A stretch of DNA of 64,000 nt from Candidatus Latescibacterota bacterium (GCA_965237525.1 CBDEFO010000006.1:288001-352000), one strand, 5' to 3'. Numbered from the stretch's first letter, positions 39,473-49,729 are shown. Numbers and translations are program-made. The notes: generated by a model from the sequence alone, not told the origin.

Positions 39473-40675
39473 TTACATTATCACAAGTTGGGCATTAAGG
39501 GCTCCGGCCTCTTTGAGCGCTTGGAAGATGGCTATTATATCCCTAGGAGTAACTCCCAGGGCGTTAAGGGCTTTTGCCACGTCGCTGACGTCTGCGGTCT
39601 CCTCTATGATTATCATTTCGGCTATTTCCGTGGTGACGTATGCCTCTGTCTCGCGCTCAACGACAGTCTCTCCCGCCGAGAACGGAGCGGGCTGGGAGAT
39701 TATGGGCCGCGCACTGATCTCTATGGTAATGTTGCCGTGCGAGACAGCGACTGTGGATATTTTTACGTTTTCTCCGACAGCAATGGTCCCTGTCCTTTCG
39801 TTTATTACGACCCTTGCGACCACGTCAGGCGTTATATTCACAGCTTCGATGGAGGCTATAAATTCCACGAATCTACCAGGCTGTTGATATTCACCGGGAA
39901 CGGCGACAAGTATCGTGGCCGGATCCTGAGCCTGGGCTATTGTATTTCCAAATCTATCGTCTATGGCTTCTGCAGCGCGCAACGAAGTGGTAAAATCGGG
40001 CAGTCTGAGCACAATTTCCAGACTCTCATTGGGAGACAACACAAATGGAAGGTCGCTCTCTAACATCGCTCCGTTGGGGACCCGGCCGACGAGCGGATGG
40101 TTCTTTCGGATGCTGCTTCCACCCTCGGTCTCAACGCTGAAGGCCCCGACGGATATCGATCCTTGGGCGTTGCCGTAGAATAGTCCACCAGATCCCGTTA
40201 GCGGCGTCAAAAGAAGAGTGCCGCCCTCCAGGCTCGTGGCGTCCCCTAAGGAGGAAACGACAACGTCGAACGTACTCCCTTCCTTTGCAAAGGGCGAAAG
40301 CTTAGCAGTTACTATCACCGAAGCTACGTTATCTAACCCCGACCTCACTTTGTCCTGAGGCACGTTTATACTGAACCTTTTGAGCATGTTGACGACGGAC
40401 TGTTTGGTAAAGATGGTTCTTTGTCCGTCTCCTGTGCCGTTGAGACCGACTACTATCCCATACCCGATAAGCTGGAGTTCTTTAAATCCCTTTATCTCGG
40501 CTATGTCCTTTATTCTGACCTGCGCTGAGACGGAGTTCTGTGTACCAATCAAGAGAACGAATAGAACAAACGGCGCTATTCTATTTAACATAGGGATAGT
40601 TACCTTCCTTTTAGTTAGCCAGAGTAAGTAGGTTAGATAGTAGGTTCGAGCATCTCCTTCCAACGCTGTGCCCAC
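39473..40675 (-). CDS. flgI: Flagellar P-ring protein (start probably 40591)
   Basis: RIKDIA, GYGIVVGLNGTGD, SLEGGTLLLTPL, VINERTGTI, LKEAGALNAQL. Confidence 0.97.
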   Translation of the reverse strand: MGTALEGDARTYYLTYLLWLTKRKVTIPMLNRIAPFVLFVLLIGTQNSVSAQVRIKDIAEIKGFKELQLIGYGIVVGLNGTGDGQRTIFTKQSVVNMLKRFSINVPQDKVRSGLDNVASVIVTAKLSPFAKEGSTFDVVVSSLGDATSLEGGTLLLTPLTGSGGLFYGNAQGSISVGAFSVETEGGSSIRKNHPLVGRVPNGAMLESDLPFVLSPNESLEIVLRLPDFTTSLRAAEAIDDRFGNTIAQAQDPATILVAVPGEYQQPGRFVEFIASIEAVNITPDVVARVVINERTGTIAVGENVKISTVAVSHGNITIEISARPIISQPAPFSAGETVVERETEAYVTTEIAEMIIIEETADVSDVAKALNALGVTPRDIIAIFQALKEAGALNAQLVIM

Positions 40676-40688
40676 TTCTCAGAACGGT

Positions 40689-41327
40689 TTAGAATATCCA
40701 GTTGATGAGCCTTATGAGAATTCCGGGCCTCTGACCAGAGTTGACTGTACCTTTACCTTCGTAGTGAATCCGAGCGTCGGCGATGTTGAACGAAAAAACT
40801 GTATTATCAACGGTTATGTCCTGGGGTCTTACGATCCCAGATAGAACTATCGTCTCTAACTCACCGTTTACTCCGACTTCTCTGGTTCCTTCGACTGCCA
40901 GGTCCCCGTTTGGACTTACGTCGACCACTCTGACGGGGATTGTAGCTTTAAGATCGCCCTTCCGGCTCGTCGAGCCATCGCCTGAATATTCCTGTCTGGA
41001 GCTCGTATTCGTCTTAAGTCCGAACAGTGGTATAAAGTTCAGAGAGCTCTCTTCACCCGTGCCTCCAGACGAAAGATTAAACTCTTTTTTGTTAGAGGTA
41101 GCAGCCTGCTTTGAGGCACTGGCTGATTCCACGATTAAGACTGTGAGTATATCTCCGACCCTATGGGACTTATGATCGGAAAAGAGGGACATAGCACCGC
41201 TGGCAGTGGATGCTCCACTCGGTTCTGGCTGTTCCATCTGAGCCGCTGCGTAGTCTGCTACACCATGCACAAGAAACCAGGCAAATAACGCTAAGATAAA
41301 TATCTTGTTATATCTGAAAATAGACAT
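40689..41327 (-). CDS. flgH: Flagellar L-ring protein
   Basis: SLFSDHKSHRVGDILTVLIVE, PNGDLAVEG, LSGIVRPQDI. Confidence 0.95.
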   Translation of the reverse strand: MSIFRYNKIFILALFAWFLVHGVADYAAAQMEQPEPSGASTASGAMSLFSDHKSHRVGDILTVLIVESASASKQAATSNKKEFNLSSGGTGEESSLNFIPLFGLKTNTSSRQEYSGDGSTSRKGDLKATIPVRVVDVSPNGDLAVEGTREVGVNGELETIVLSGIVRPQDITVDNTVFSFNIADARIHYEGKGTVNSGQRPGILIRLINWIF

Positions 41328-42152
41328 GTGGAGTCCTTTCCTTTTGAAGTCTTGAAATATTCACTTTTTTCTCTGCCATAAGTATCCATACCTGTGCGGA
41401 GGACTTTATTAGGTGCACCTTTCACCTTGATGCTCACTGATTGACCAAAACGGTGCTAGGGTCTTTTATTCTTCCGGTTATCTGTCTACCTGAATCTACA
41501 TTCTTGATCATAATCATATCCCCTTTGCGTCCACTCTGTTTCGCCTTTCCAACCCCTGTGGCCTTCACGCCCTCCAAATGAGCTACTATATTGACTATAT
41601 CTCCCCTTTCGATCAAATTAGGGAGATCAATCATATCCGTCCTAATGGACGCTCCGGGGTTTACTATTCTCTTTGTCTTCTTGCCGTATATCTCACTTGA
41701 CTCTGTAACAAGGCTGCCGGACAGATTCGTAGTTTCAAGTCTTTCCCTACGTATATCGTCAGGAACTAGGATATGTCCTCTGCCCAGTCGCTTTTTGGCG
41801 ACAAAGACGTAATCGAATGTTCTAAACTTTAAGGAGACGGGTATCCTCCTGGTGTAGCGGCCATCGTCCGACTTCACAGTGATGTAAGCTACTGCAGAAC
41901 CTCTCCGTTCCAACATTCGCGGAAGTGTTACCTCCGCCCGGGATCCATCAGGAACCTTTATACTTTGAGGCACATATCGAAACTCTATAATCAAGTCGTC
42001 TCTACTCTTACCAGATAGCTCATATACAACATTTTCTATCCTCTCTTTTGTCTGATCTGAAGTCAGTACTTCCAGGGCGCACTCTGCACTTTGAACCATC
42101 AAAAACAACCCAATGAAAGCTACAGAAAAGGCAAGTAGAAAGTAGGTGGTAG

Positions 42153-43456
42153 AGGTTATTTATCAAATGAAATCGGTGCACTTCTCTTTCGATCTTTGAT
42201 TGATCTTGAATGATAGGTTTTCGACAATCTTTGGTTTCTGTTCTTTTTCAAAATGGATGTATAATTGTTCTTCTTTTAGGTTCCATTCAGCCAGGACAAA
42301 GTAGTTGGTGTAAGAGGAGGGAAGAGATACTTTCTCATTTAGGACATCGATAAAGGCTTTATCTGTCTGTTCTGTGTCCTGTTTGACTTGTCTGATAAAA
42401 TAGGTCTTGGGAATGAAATCTTTCTCGTTTGACTTCTCTTGCTTAGGTGGACGGTAGCCGGTGTATCTCTGTGATGAAAGATTAAACCATTCTAACTTCT
42501 GATCAACTTCTTGTAAGCTTTTGAACTGAATTCTGTTCCAGAACTTCCTTGAAAATACAGAATTGTTGCCTTCTATAGATGCTTGAGAAAAGGGCCTTCT
42601 GGGAACGGCAAATATCGGAATCACTTGATTTTTCAAGAGAAACTGCATTGCTTTGCTGACATTCCTTTTACCTGAAACACTGCCAATAGTCGCCGAGCAA
42701 TTGTCCACCTTAACGAAATCTGGTTTTTCAAACCTGTCAAAGAAAGACTGACACTTCTCGATAAAGTTAGTTGCTGTTTGACCGTCAACCCGCCGAAAAT
42801 ACCTTAACTTAGGCTCTTTCTTAAAGGAAAATCCAACGAAGTTGACCGGCTCAGTTCTGCCGGTAAGATACTTTTTACCAATAAAGTCTGATTCTAGGAC
42901 TCTGCCTCCTGAAAGATAGTAAATGGTATACTCTGGATAACAAAGATAACGAGATGCACCCTTGTTTTTACCTTTCTTCCTTCTCTGGGAAAGTCCTAAA
43001 TCTGAAAGCATTCTGCCGATAGTCGGCAACGACGGAGGAGGGGTGCTAGAATATCGATTCCTCCATTCTTGTTCAATAACAGTGGCTCCTGAATAGAACT
43101 GATAAGGATCGTCCTCTAAGCTATGGTAAATCTCTTTGATTCTCTGTTCGTCAACTTTAGCCAATTTTTGCCTTTTTCCTTTTGGCCAACCCCGATTATC
43201 CATGGCAAAATCCTGATCCGGAGATTTAGTCCAAGCCGTAACGAAATCATTGGAAACTCTCGCTTGTTTGATAACTTCTCGCTTTGACATTTCTTTCTTA
43301 AAATACATCTCGTTGACTTCTTGTCTTAATACGGCCAATCTCTCTTTGTCCATAGGACTCCGTAGATTAAAGTTAAGACAATCAACTCAACTTAATCTAC
43401 TAATACTCTAAACAAAGATCAAATTAGGTGCACCGATTTCATTTGATATTCAACCT
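42153..43456 (-). mobile_element. 1304-bp DDE insertion sequence, copy 2
   Basis: Same TIRs; GTAG duplicated on both sides. Confidence 0.95.
42163..43353 (-). CDS. Transposase (copy 2)
   Basis: Differs from copies 1 and 3 at two residues (SPD vs SLD, KRQK vs KRRK). Confidence 0.85.
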   Translation of the reverse strand: MDKERLAVLRQEVNEMYFKKEMSKREVIKQARVSNDFVTAWTKSPDQDFAMDNRGWPKGKRQKLAKVDEQRIKEIYHSLEDDPYQFYSGATVIEQEWRNRYSSTPPPSLPTIGRMLSDLGLSQRRKKGKNKGASRYLCYPEYTIYYLSGGRVLESDFIGKKYLTGRTEPVNFVGFSFKKEPKLRYFRRVDGQTATNFIEKCQSFFDRFEKPDFVKVDNCSATIGSVSGKRNVSKAMQFLLKNQVIPIFAVPRRPFSQASIEGNNSVFSRKFWNRIQFKSLQEVDQKLEWFNLSSQRYTGYRPPKQEKSNEKDFIPKTYFIRQVKQDTEQTDKAFIDVLNEKVSLPSSYTNYFVLAEWNLKEEQLYIHFEKEQKPKIVENLSFKINQRSKEKCTDFI

Positions 43457-43535
43457 GTAGTCAGTAGACGGGGCATCCCTAGCTTTCTCTTTATGCTGTC
43501 TGCTGTTTTACTAAGCGTCTTCATTTAAGTCTATC

Positions 43536-44324
43536 CTATCTCTGGAGATTGTTGGCTGTGGAGAGCATCTCTTCGGCAGTTCTTATAACTTTGGAGTTGA
43601 TCTCATAGGCCCTCTGAGCTAAGATCATGTTTACCATTTCCTCTACGACTTTGACGTTGGACATCTCCAAATATCCCTGGCGAAGTCCACCGAACCCCTC
43701 GAACGCCGGTGTCCCTATTACGGGGTTACCTGATGAGACTGTAGCTTCGTAGAGGTTCCCCCCGAGGTTCTTAAGTCCTGCGGGGTTGATAAATCTGACA
43801 AGCTCGATTTGTCCTACTTCTTGAGGCTCGACTTCCCCCGCCAAAAGAACCCTTACCGTTCCGTCAGCACTTATCTGAATATCGGTAGAGTCCTGGGGAA
43901 TAGATAATGCGGGTTCAAGGACAAATCCGTCGGAGTTGACTATCCTGCCGTCCGACGAGAGCTTGAACGTCCCATCCCTTGAGTAGGCTATGGAATCGTC
44001 GGGTCGGATTATCTGGAAGAAGCCATTCCCTTCGATAACGATGTCGAGGGCATTTTGTGTGGGGGTTAAGTCGCCCTGGGAGAACATCTTCTGGATGGCT
44101 GCAGGCTGCACCCCAGCTCCGATCTGTATCTGGGATGACGTACCCTCACCGCCAGAAGGTTCGCCGTTATCCAGTTCTACGCTCTGATAGAGAAGGTCCT
44201 GAAATTCTACCTTGTCTTTTTTGAAGGCTGTAGTGTTGACGTTAGCCAAGTTATTGGCTATAGTATCCACATAAAGCTGCTGTGCAAACATTCCAGTAGC
44301 CGCTGTTCTTAACGCTCTAATCAT
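43536..44324 (-). CDS. flgG: Flagellar basal-body rod protein FlgG
   Basis: MIRALRTAATGM, ANNLANVNTTAFK, FQDLLYQ, LEMSNVKVVEEMVNMILAQRAYEINSK. Confidence 0.97.
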   Translation of the reverse strand: MIRALRTAATGMFAQQLYVDTIANNLANVNTTAFKKDKVEFQDLLYQSVELDNGEPSGGEGTSSQIQIGAGVQPAAIQKMFSQGDLTPTQNALDIVIEGNGFFQIIRPDDSIAYSRDGTFKLSSDGRIVNSDGFVLEPALSIPQDSTDIQISADGTVRVLLAGEVEPQEVGQIELVRFINPAGLKNLGGNLYEATVSSGNPVIGTPAFEGFGGLRQGYLEMSNVKVVEEMVNMILAQRAYEINSKVIRTAEEMLSTANNLQR

Positions 44325-44490
44325 TTAAGTTCCTCCTTGGTAAATTGTAGTAAAAAGTAATCAAAAGCAATGGGGTCCACCAAAAAGTCACAGGCGACAC
44401 TCACCATCCCCGAAAAGTATCGAAGAACTTCTCGGGACAAAAAGATATCATTCAAGTGCGCCGTAGAGATGAGAAGACCTGCGTTCATAA

Positions 44491-45255
44491 TCAAAAGCTT
44501 CCCAATTCGGTCACAGCTTTTCTTAAAGTATCATCCTGATATGACAGCACCTTTTGAGAAGATTGATTGTTTTGCATGTTCTCTATCATCTCCACCATCG
44601 CTTCGAAGGAGTTGACGTTGGAATTCTCCAAGAAACCTTGCTTTACAGACGGATCTATTACTACATTGCCACTGTCGGATGGATCAGAGGGGACAAACAG
44701 ACCGTTTTTATCCTTGGCGAGCTGGTAAGGCTTCTCAAAATCGGTGATCAGTAGCTTGCCTATAATCTGACCACCGACTACACCGCCTACCTCTCTATCG
44801 ACCATGATTTCTCCTCTGCTGTTGATTCTGATATTGACATCATTCTCATCTATCTGTATTGAGCCGCCCTCTCCCAGAACTTGAAAGTGTGTGTGTGTAG
44901 TTAGATTTCCCTCTGCATCCAGCCTGAAACTGCCGTTTCTGGTATATCTGGTTCCAGCGGGTGTTTCAAGCGAAAAGAATCCGTCTCCATCTATCGCCAC
45001 GTCTAAGTGTCCATGCGTCTGTTGAATAGGCCCCAGGCGGAAATCTACTGTATATGATACAGAGTCTTCTACGTTGCCTGACTCTATCTGTCCTGCCTGA
45101 CGAAGCGCCAGGTTGGAGCCCAGAAGCGATCTGAACTTTATGGAGTCCTTCTTAAAACCTGGAGTGTTGACGTTAGCTAGGTTGTTGGCTATTACTTGCA
45201 GTGTGATCGGACGGGCGATCATGGAGGCTGCCGATGTATATATTCCTTTTATCAT
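44491..45255 (-). CDS. flgF: Flagellar basal-body rod protein FlgF
   Basis: MIKGIYTSAASM, ANNLANVNTPGFKKD, YTRNGSF, LENSNVN; precedes flgG. Confidence 0.9.
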   Translation of the reverse strand: MIKGIYTSAASMIARPITLQVIANNLANVNTPGFKKDSIKFRSLLGSNLALRQAGQIESGNVEDSVSYTVDFRLGPIQQTHGHLDVAIDGDGFFSLETPAGTRYTRNGSFRLDAEGNLTTHTHFQVLGEGGSIQIDENDVNIRINSRGEIMVDREVGGVVGGQIIGKLLITDFEKPYQLAKDKNGLFVPSDPSDSGNVVIDPSVKQGFLENSNVNSFEAMVEMIENMQNNQSSQKVLSYQDDTLRKAVTELGSF

Positions 45256-45511
45256 AGAACGAGTCTCTCCAATTGAAAATAGCACAGATGCAAAAGATGC
45301 ATGCTATGAACGAGCCTGTCTCGAGGTAATTTTGTATATTCTCTTGCCCAGCTTGTCCATTTTCCGGTTTAGAAGCCACAGCCTGAGTCTAAGCTTTGAG
45401 AGTGGATAAAGTATTCCGTCTTTCATACCTCTTGACCCCTTTGCATAATAGGCGAACACTTGACAATCAACAAAATCATACGTGATTAATGTATCTGCAA
45501 GCGTGAAACGA

Positions 45512-45527
45512 CGCAAATCCTATGCCA
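45512..45527 (-). promoter_or_regulatory. Sigma54 promoter for the flgF operon
   Basis: TGGCATAGGATTTGCG, GG-N10-GC. Confidence 0.75.
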
Positions 45528-45979
45528 CAAGATAAATATGGACTGCAAATTTACACAGCTTTCTATCAGAACTATGTAGTATTCGATTGATCAAAGAAAA
45601 TTACTCGAAAAGTCAGAGTTACCAACTCCAGCAGGGCCCCGATGTCTATAGAATATCGGCAACTTTTTCCGAGCGGGAACCTTTTTTGCTGCTTTGAAAT
45701 AGGTATAGGAGCACCTTTGGGTCTGTCTATTGACAGATTATGAGCAAACTTTCGGGTCATATCCGGGGTCAACTTTTGTCTTGACTTTGCATCTTTTTTT
45801 GCTTATCTTGCGCTCTATATTGTTATACCTGCACAATAGTAGGAGACACCTGCCTTAAGACACACGTATGATTCAGTCTTTTCTTACGTTGACGAAAATA
45901 ATTCCCTTTAATTTTAACCTGTAAAAATTGTCGCGAAAGGAGGTTTAATGTATGACTGTACAATCTTCCATATAATAAA

Positions 45980-45995
45980 TGGCATAGAAATTGCA
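45980..45995 (+). promoter_or_regulatory. Sigma54 promoter for motA
   Basis: TGGCATAGAAATTGCA, GG-N10-GC, just upstream of the AAGGAGG RBS. Confidence 0.8.
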
Positions 45996-46016
45996 TTCCA
46001 TTTAAAGGAGGTATAG

Positions 46017-46811
46017 ATGAACACATCTACTATCCTCGGTATCATCCTCGGTGTGACTCTCCTTACCGCGGCGATTATGTTGCAGGCGGATATCAATTTC
46101 TTTATCAACCTACCCGGCATAATCATCGTCCTTGGAGGGACAGCGGCCGCGACGTTCATCAGCTTTCCGTTGCCGACAGTAATAAGAGGATTCAAAGTAT
46201 TCTTCATAGTGTTTAAAAAGGAACCGCCGCGCCTTGAGGATCACATAGAACAGGTGGCCTCCCTTTCCGCTAAGGCGCGCGGAGACATCCTTGCATTGGA
46301 GGAGGTAGTTGGGAATGTAAAACACCCGTTCTTAAGGGACGCTCTTGAGATGCTCATAGATGGGTATCCTGCAGAGGAGATAAGGGAAATACTAAACGAG
46401 CGAGTTGTGTACCAGAATATACGTGAGCAGGAAGAAGCAGATATATTCAAGAACATGGCTAAGTTCGCACCCGCCTTCGGCATGTTGGGCACTCTGATTG
46501 GTCTTATCGATCTTTTGTCCAACATGAACACAGGCTCTATGGACGCGATAGGCGGAGGTATGGCTGTAGCTTTAGTGACGACCTTCTATGGCGTGTTATT
46601 GGCCAACTTGCTATTCAAACCGATAGCGGTAAAATTGGAGAAGCGGAAGGAAGAACGGGCGCTTTTGGCAAGAATGCTGACCGCAAGTATTACCATGATA
46701 AGGGAGGGCTGGCAGCCCTTTAAGATTCTGGACTACCTGAATTCATTCGTACCGCCCGCCAAACGGAAGATGCTCGAAAGGAAGATGAGCGCCTCAGCGG
46801 GAACACAGTGA
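46017..46811 (+). CDS. motA: Flagellar stator protein MotA/PomA
   Basis: IIVLGGT, ILALE, APAFGMLGTLIGLI, MAVALVTTFYGVLLANLLFKPIA. Confidence 0.93.
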   Translation: MNTSTILGIILGVTLLTAAIMLQADINFFINLPGIIIVLGGTAAATFISFPLPTVIRGFKVFFIVFKKEPPRLEDHIEQVASLSAKARGDILALEEVVGNVKHPFLRDALEMLIDGYPAEEIREILNERVVYQNIREQEEADIFKNMAKFAPAFGMLGTLIGLIDLLSNMNTGSMDAIGGGMAVALVTTFYGVLLANLLFKPIAVKLEKRKEERALLARMLTASITMIREGWQPFKILDYLNSFVPPAKRKMLERKMSASAGTQ

Positions 46812-46910
46812 GCAAATGATGCACTGAAAAGTTTTGATGGAATGAGGAAAAGGCTTGAATAGTAGATGATGGACAGGCAGGAGTGGCGAGAGCCCGTACC
46901 TACTGACTAC

Positions 46911-48214
46911 AGGTTGAATATCAAATGAAATCGGTGCACCTAATTTGATCTTTGTTTAGAGTATTAGTAGATTAAGTTGAGTTGATTGTCTTAACTTTAA
47001 TCTACGGAGTCCTATGGACAAAGAGAGATTGGCCGTATTAAGACAAGAAGTCAACGAGATGTATTTTAAGAAAGAAATGTCAAAGCGAGAAGTTATCAAA
47101 CAAGCGAGAGTTTCCAATGATTTCGTTACGGCTTGGACTAAATCTCTGGATCAGGATTTTGCCATGGATAATCGGGGTTGGCCAAAAGGAAAAAGGCGAA
47201 AATTGGCTAAAGTTGACGAACAGAGAATCAAAGAGATTTACCATAGCTTAGAGGACGATCCTTATCAGTTCTATTCAGGAGCCACTGTTATTGAACAAGA
47301 ATGGAGGAATCGATATTCTAGCACCCCTCCTCCGTCGTTGCCGACTATCGGCAGAATGCTTTCAGATTTAGGACTTTCCCAGAGAAGGAAGAAAGGTAAA
47401 AACAAGGGTGCATCTCGTTATCTTTGTTATCCAGAGTATACCATTTACTATCTTTCAGGAGGCAGAGTCCTAGAATCAGACTTTATTGGTAAAAAGTATC
47501 TTACCGGCAGAACTGAGCCGGTCAACTTCGTTGGATTTTCCTTTAAGAAAGAGCCTAAGTTAAGGTATTTTCGGCGGGTTGACGGTCAAACAGCAACTAA
47601 CTTTATCGAGAAGTGTCAGTCTTTCTTTGACAGGTTTGAAAAACCAGATTTCGTTAAGGTGGACAATTGCTCGGCGACTATTGGCAGTGTTTCAGGTAAA
47701 AGGAATGTCAGCAAAGCAATGCAGTTTCTCTTGAAAAATCAAGTGATTCCGATATTTGCCGTTCCCAGAAGGCCCTTTTCTCAAGCATCTATAGAAGGCA
47801 ACAATTCTGTATTTTCAAGGAAGTTCTGGAACAGAATTCAGTTCAAAAGCTTACAAGAAGTTGATCAGAAGTTAGAATGGTTTAATCTTTCATCACAGAG
47901 ATACACCGGCTACCGTCCACCTAAGCAAGAGAAGTCAAACGAGAAAGATTTCATTCCCAAGACCTATTTTATCAGACAAGTCAAACAGGACACAGAACAG
48001 ACAGATAAAGCCTTTATCGATGTCCTAAATGAGAAAGTATCTCTTCCCTCCTCTTACACCAACTACTTTGTCCTGGCTGAATGGAACCTAAAAGAAGAAC
48101 AATTATACATCCATTTTGAAAAAGAACAGAAACCAAAGATTGTCGAAAACCTATCATTCAAGATCAATCAAAGATCGAAAGAGAAGTGCACCGATTTCAT
48201 TTGATAAATAACCT
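46911..48214 (+). mobile_element. 1304-bp DDE insertion sequence, copy 3
   Basis: Same TIRs; flanks CTAC and TTAC do not match exactly. Confidence 0.95.
47014..48204 (+). CDS. Transposase (copy 3)
   Basis: Protein identical to copy 1. Confidence 0.85.
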   Translation: MDKERLAVLRQEVNEMYFKKEMSKREVIKQARVSNDFVTAWTKSLDQDFAMDNRGWPKGKRRKLAKVDEQRIKEIYHSLEDDPYQFYSGATVIEQEWRNRYSSTPPPSLPTIGRMLSDLGLSQRRKKGKNKGASRYLCYPEYTIYYLSGGRVLESDFIGKKYLTGRTEPVNFVGFSFKKEPKLRYFRRVDGQTATNFIEKCQSFFDRFEKPDFVKVDNCSATIGSVSGKRNVSKAMQFLLKNQVIPIFAVPRRPFSQASIEGNNSVFSRKFWNRIQFKSLQEVDQKLEWFNLSSQRYTGYRPPKQEKSNEKDFIPKTYFIRQVKQDTEQTDKAFIDVLNEKVSLPSSYTNYFVLAEWNLKEEQLYIHFEKEQKPKIVENLSFKINQRSKEKCTDFI

Positions 48215-48227
48215 TTACTTACTGAAT

Positions 48228-48632
48228 ATGGATATATACGAAATCACCATAAAATCATATCAGAACGTGCAGAAGTTGCCAGAGCGCATCAAGAAGAGAT
48301 TTTTGGCGGACGCCGAGTGGGATGAGAAGATAACCATCGATTTTGAGGAGGCGGGGCCAGGGCTTTACGCTGTGCATTGGAAGTACGAAGCCCAAGATCA
48401 CGAAGTAGTCGAAATACGTAGGTTATCGCCCGAAGATGAGAAGCTGCTGGACGAGGCATTTGCGGATGACTTAGCTGAACCGACCATGGGCGACCCCTTT
48501 CATCCGTCTGTAGGAATGGACATGAGCCAAACAGAGACCTTAGCCCGGCTCTGGGAGGAAAGCCAAACGGGAGAATTTGATCAGCTTATCCACGATCTGT
48601 ATCAGCATCTTACACCTGACGATGAAGGATAA
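48228..48632 (+). CDS. Acidic hypothetical protein; its 5' region may have been removed by the IS
   Basis: Open frame with protein-like composition immediately after the IS end. Confidence 0.55.
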   Translation: MDIYEITIKSYQNVQKLPERIKKRFLADAEWDEKITIDFEEAGPGLYAVHWKYEAQDHEVVEIRRLSPEDEKLLDEAFADDLAEPTMGDPFHPSVGMDMSQTETLARLWEESQTGEFDQLIHDLYQHLTPDDEG

Positions 48633-48949
48633 TACATAGCTTGCTCATGCGTGAAGAGCCAGATAAGACCCCAGAACACAAACCAGAAAAACATAATTCT
48701 GGGAAAATCAAAACAGACACTGACAGATAAATGCTGTTGCGACTGCATCCAAGTTAAATGAAGAGACAGACCAGATCACTGTGACCAACGGCTAGAAGGG
48801 ATCCTTCTATCTCAGGTGTGTCTTACACCCTTGGGTGTGTCGTACACCAGAAGCTACGCGATTGTAGTGGAGGATTTTCGGTCTGCACTTAAATAGATCG
48901 GAGAGAGGGCGCATTTCTCCCCGGGTCGGGAGTTCTGCGCCTAATTCTT

Positions 48950-49729
48950 GTGATTGATCGACTTGGTCAACTTCTAAGCCAGCACGAGCGGTTATACGGC
49001 GTGATCTGCCGCGACGCCACCCTCACTGACATCGAACTAATGGCACAGGTGGGCTACCACATCATCTGGCTCGACCTGGAACATAGCCCACAGCCGGCGG
49101 TTGAAGCGATTCGACTCGGTCGCTCGATCGCCCACCTGGGTATGGTCTCGCTGGTGCGCATACCTGAACTGTCGCGCACCCATGTACAGATTCTGCTGGA
49201 CGGCGGGATTCAGATCCTTGCCCTGCCCGATGTGAGGGATGTCCAGCAGGCTATACATTTTGCTCACTTAGGCAAGTATCCGCCAGTGGGCGCACGCGGA
49301 ATCTCCAGCTCCAGCGCTGGCATTGGGTTTGCACTCGGTGAGAATCCCCAGCAAACCTTGCGGCAGGTAAACGAAGCGACACACCTGATGGCGATGGTCG
49401 AAAGCGATGAAGGATACAAAGCACTCAACGCAATCCTCGCTGTCGAGGCAGTAGATATGATATCCGTGGGACCCAATGACTGGTCGGCCGGCCTTGGGAT
49501 CTTCGGAGACGAAGCAGAGGCATATCTGGCTCCCAAGATAGAGCGCGTGATCAGCGCAGCTTCGGGCGCAGGCAAAATTACGACCATGACTCTATCCAGC
49601 CCTGAGCAGGCGGAGTTTTACCACAATCTGGGTGTACGGGTCTTTTTCGTGGGTGTGGATGTCAACATCAAACGCAGGATCCTGAGTGAAACTCTGAGAA
49701 GCTTTCAAGAGAAAGGGAAAGGCAACTAA
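48950..49729 (+). CDS. HpcH/HpaI aldolase family protein
   Basis: IWLDLEHS, LVRIP, KYPPVGARG, AMVES, SVGPND. Confidence 0.88.
   Translation: MIDRLGQLLSQHERLYGVICRDATLTDIELMAQVGYHIIWLDLEHSPQPAVEAIRLGRSIAHLGMVSLVRIPELSRTHVQILLDGGIQILALPDVRDVQQAIHFAHLGKYPPVGARGISSSSAGIGFALGENPQQTLRQVNEATHLMAMVESDEGYKALNAILAVEAVDMISVGPNDWSAGLGIFGDEAEAYLAPKIERVISAASGAGKITTMTLSSPEQAEFYHNLGVRVFFVGVDVNIKRRILSETLRSFQEKGKGN

Larger units (their letters stand above)
41434..43524 (-). pseudogene. flgA: Flagellar P-ring chaperone FlgA, interrupted by IS copy 2
   Basis: SAF-like C-terminus (GDIVNI...GKAKQSGRKGDMIMIKNVDSGR); removing the IS plus one GTAG restores a 783-nt ORF starting MKTLSKTADSIKRKLGMPRLLTTTYFLLAFSVAFIGLFLM. 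Confidence 0.9.

Noticed and set aside
42153..48214. Composite transposon carrying flgG-flgF-motA
   Set aside because: Copy 2 has its own matching duplication inside flgA and flg gene order is continuous across it
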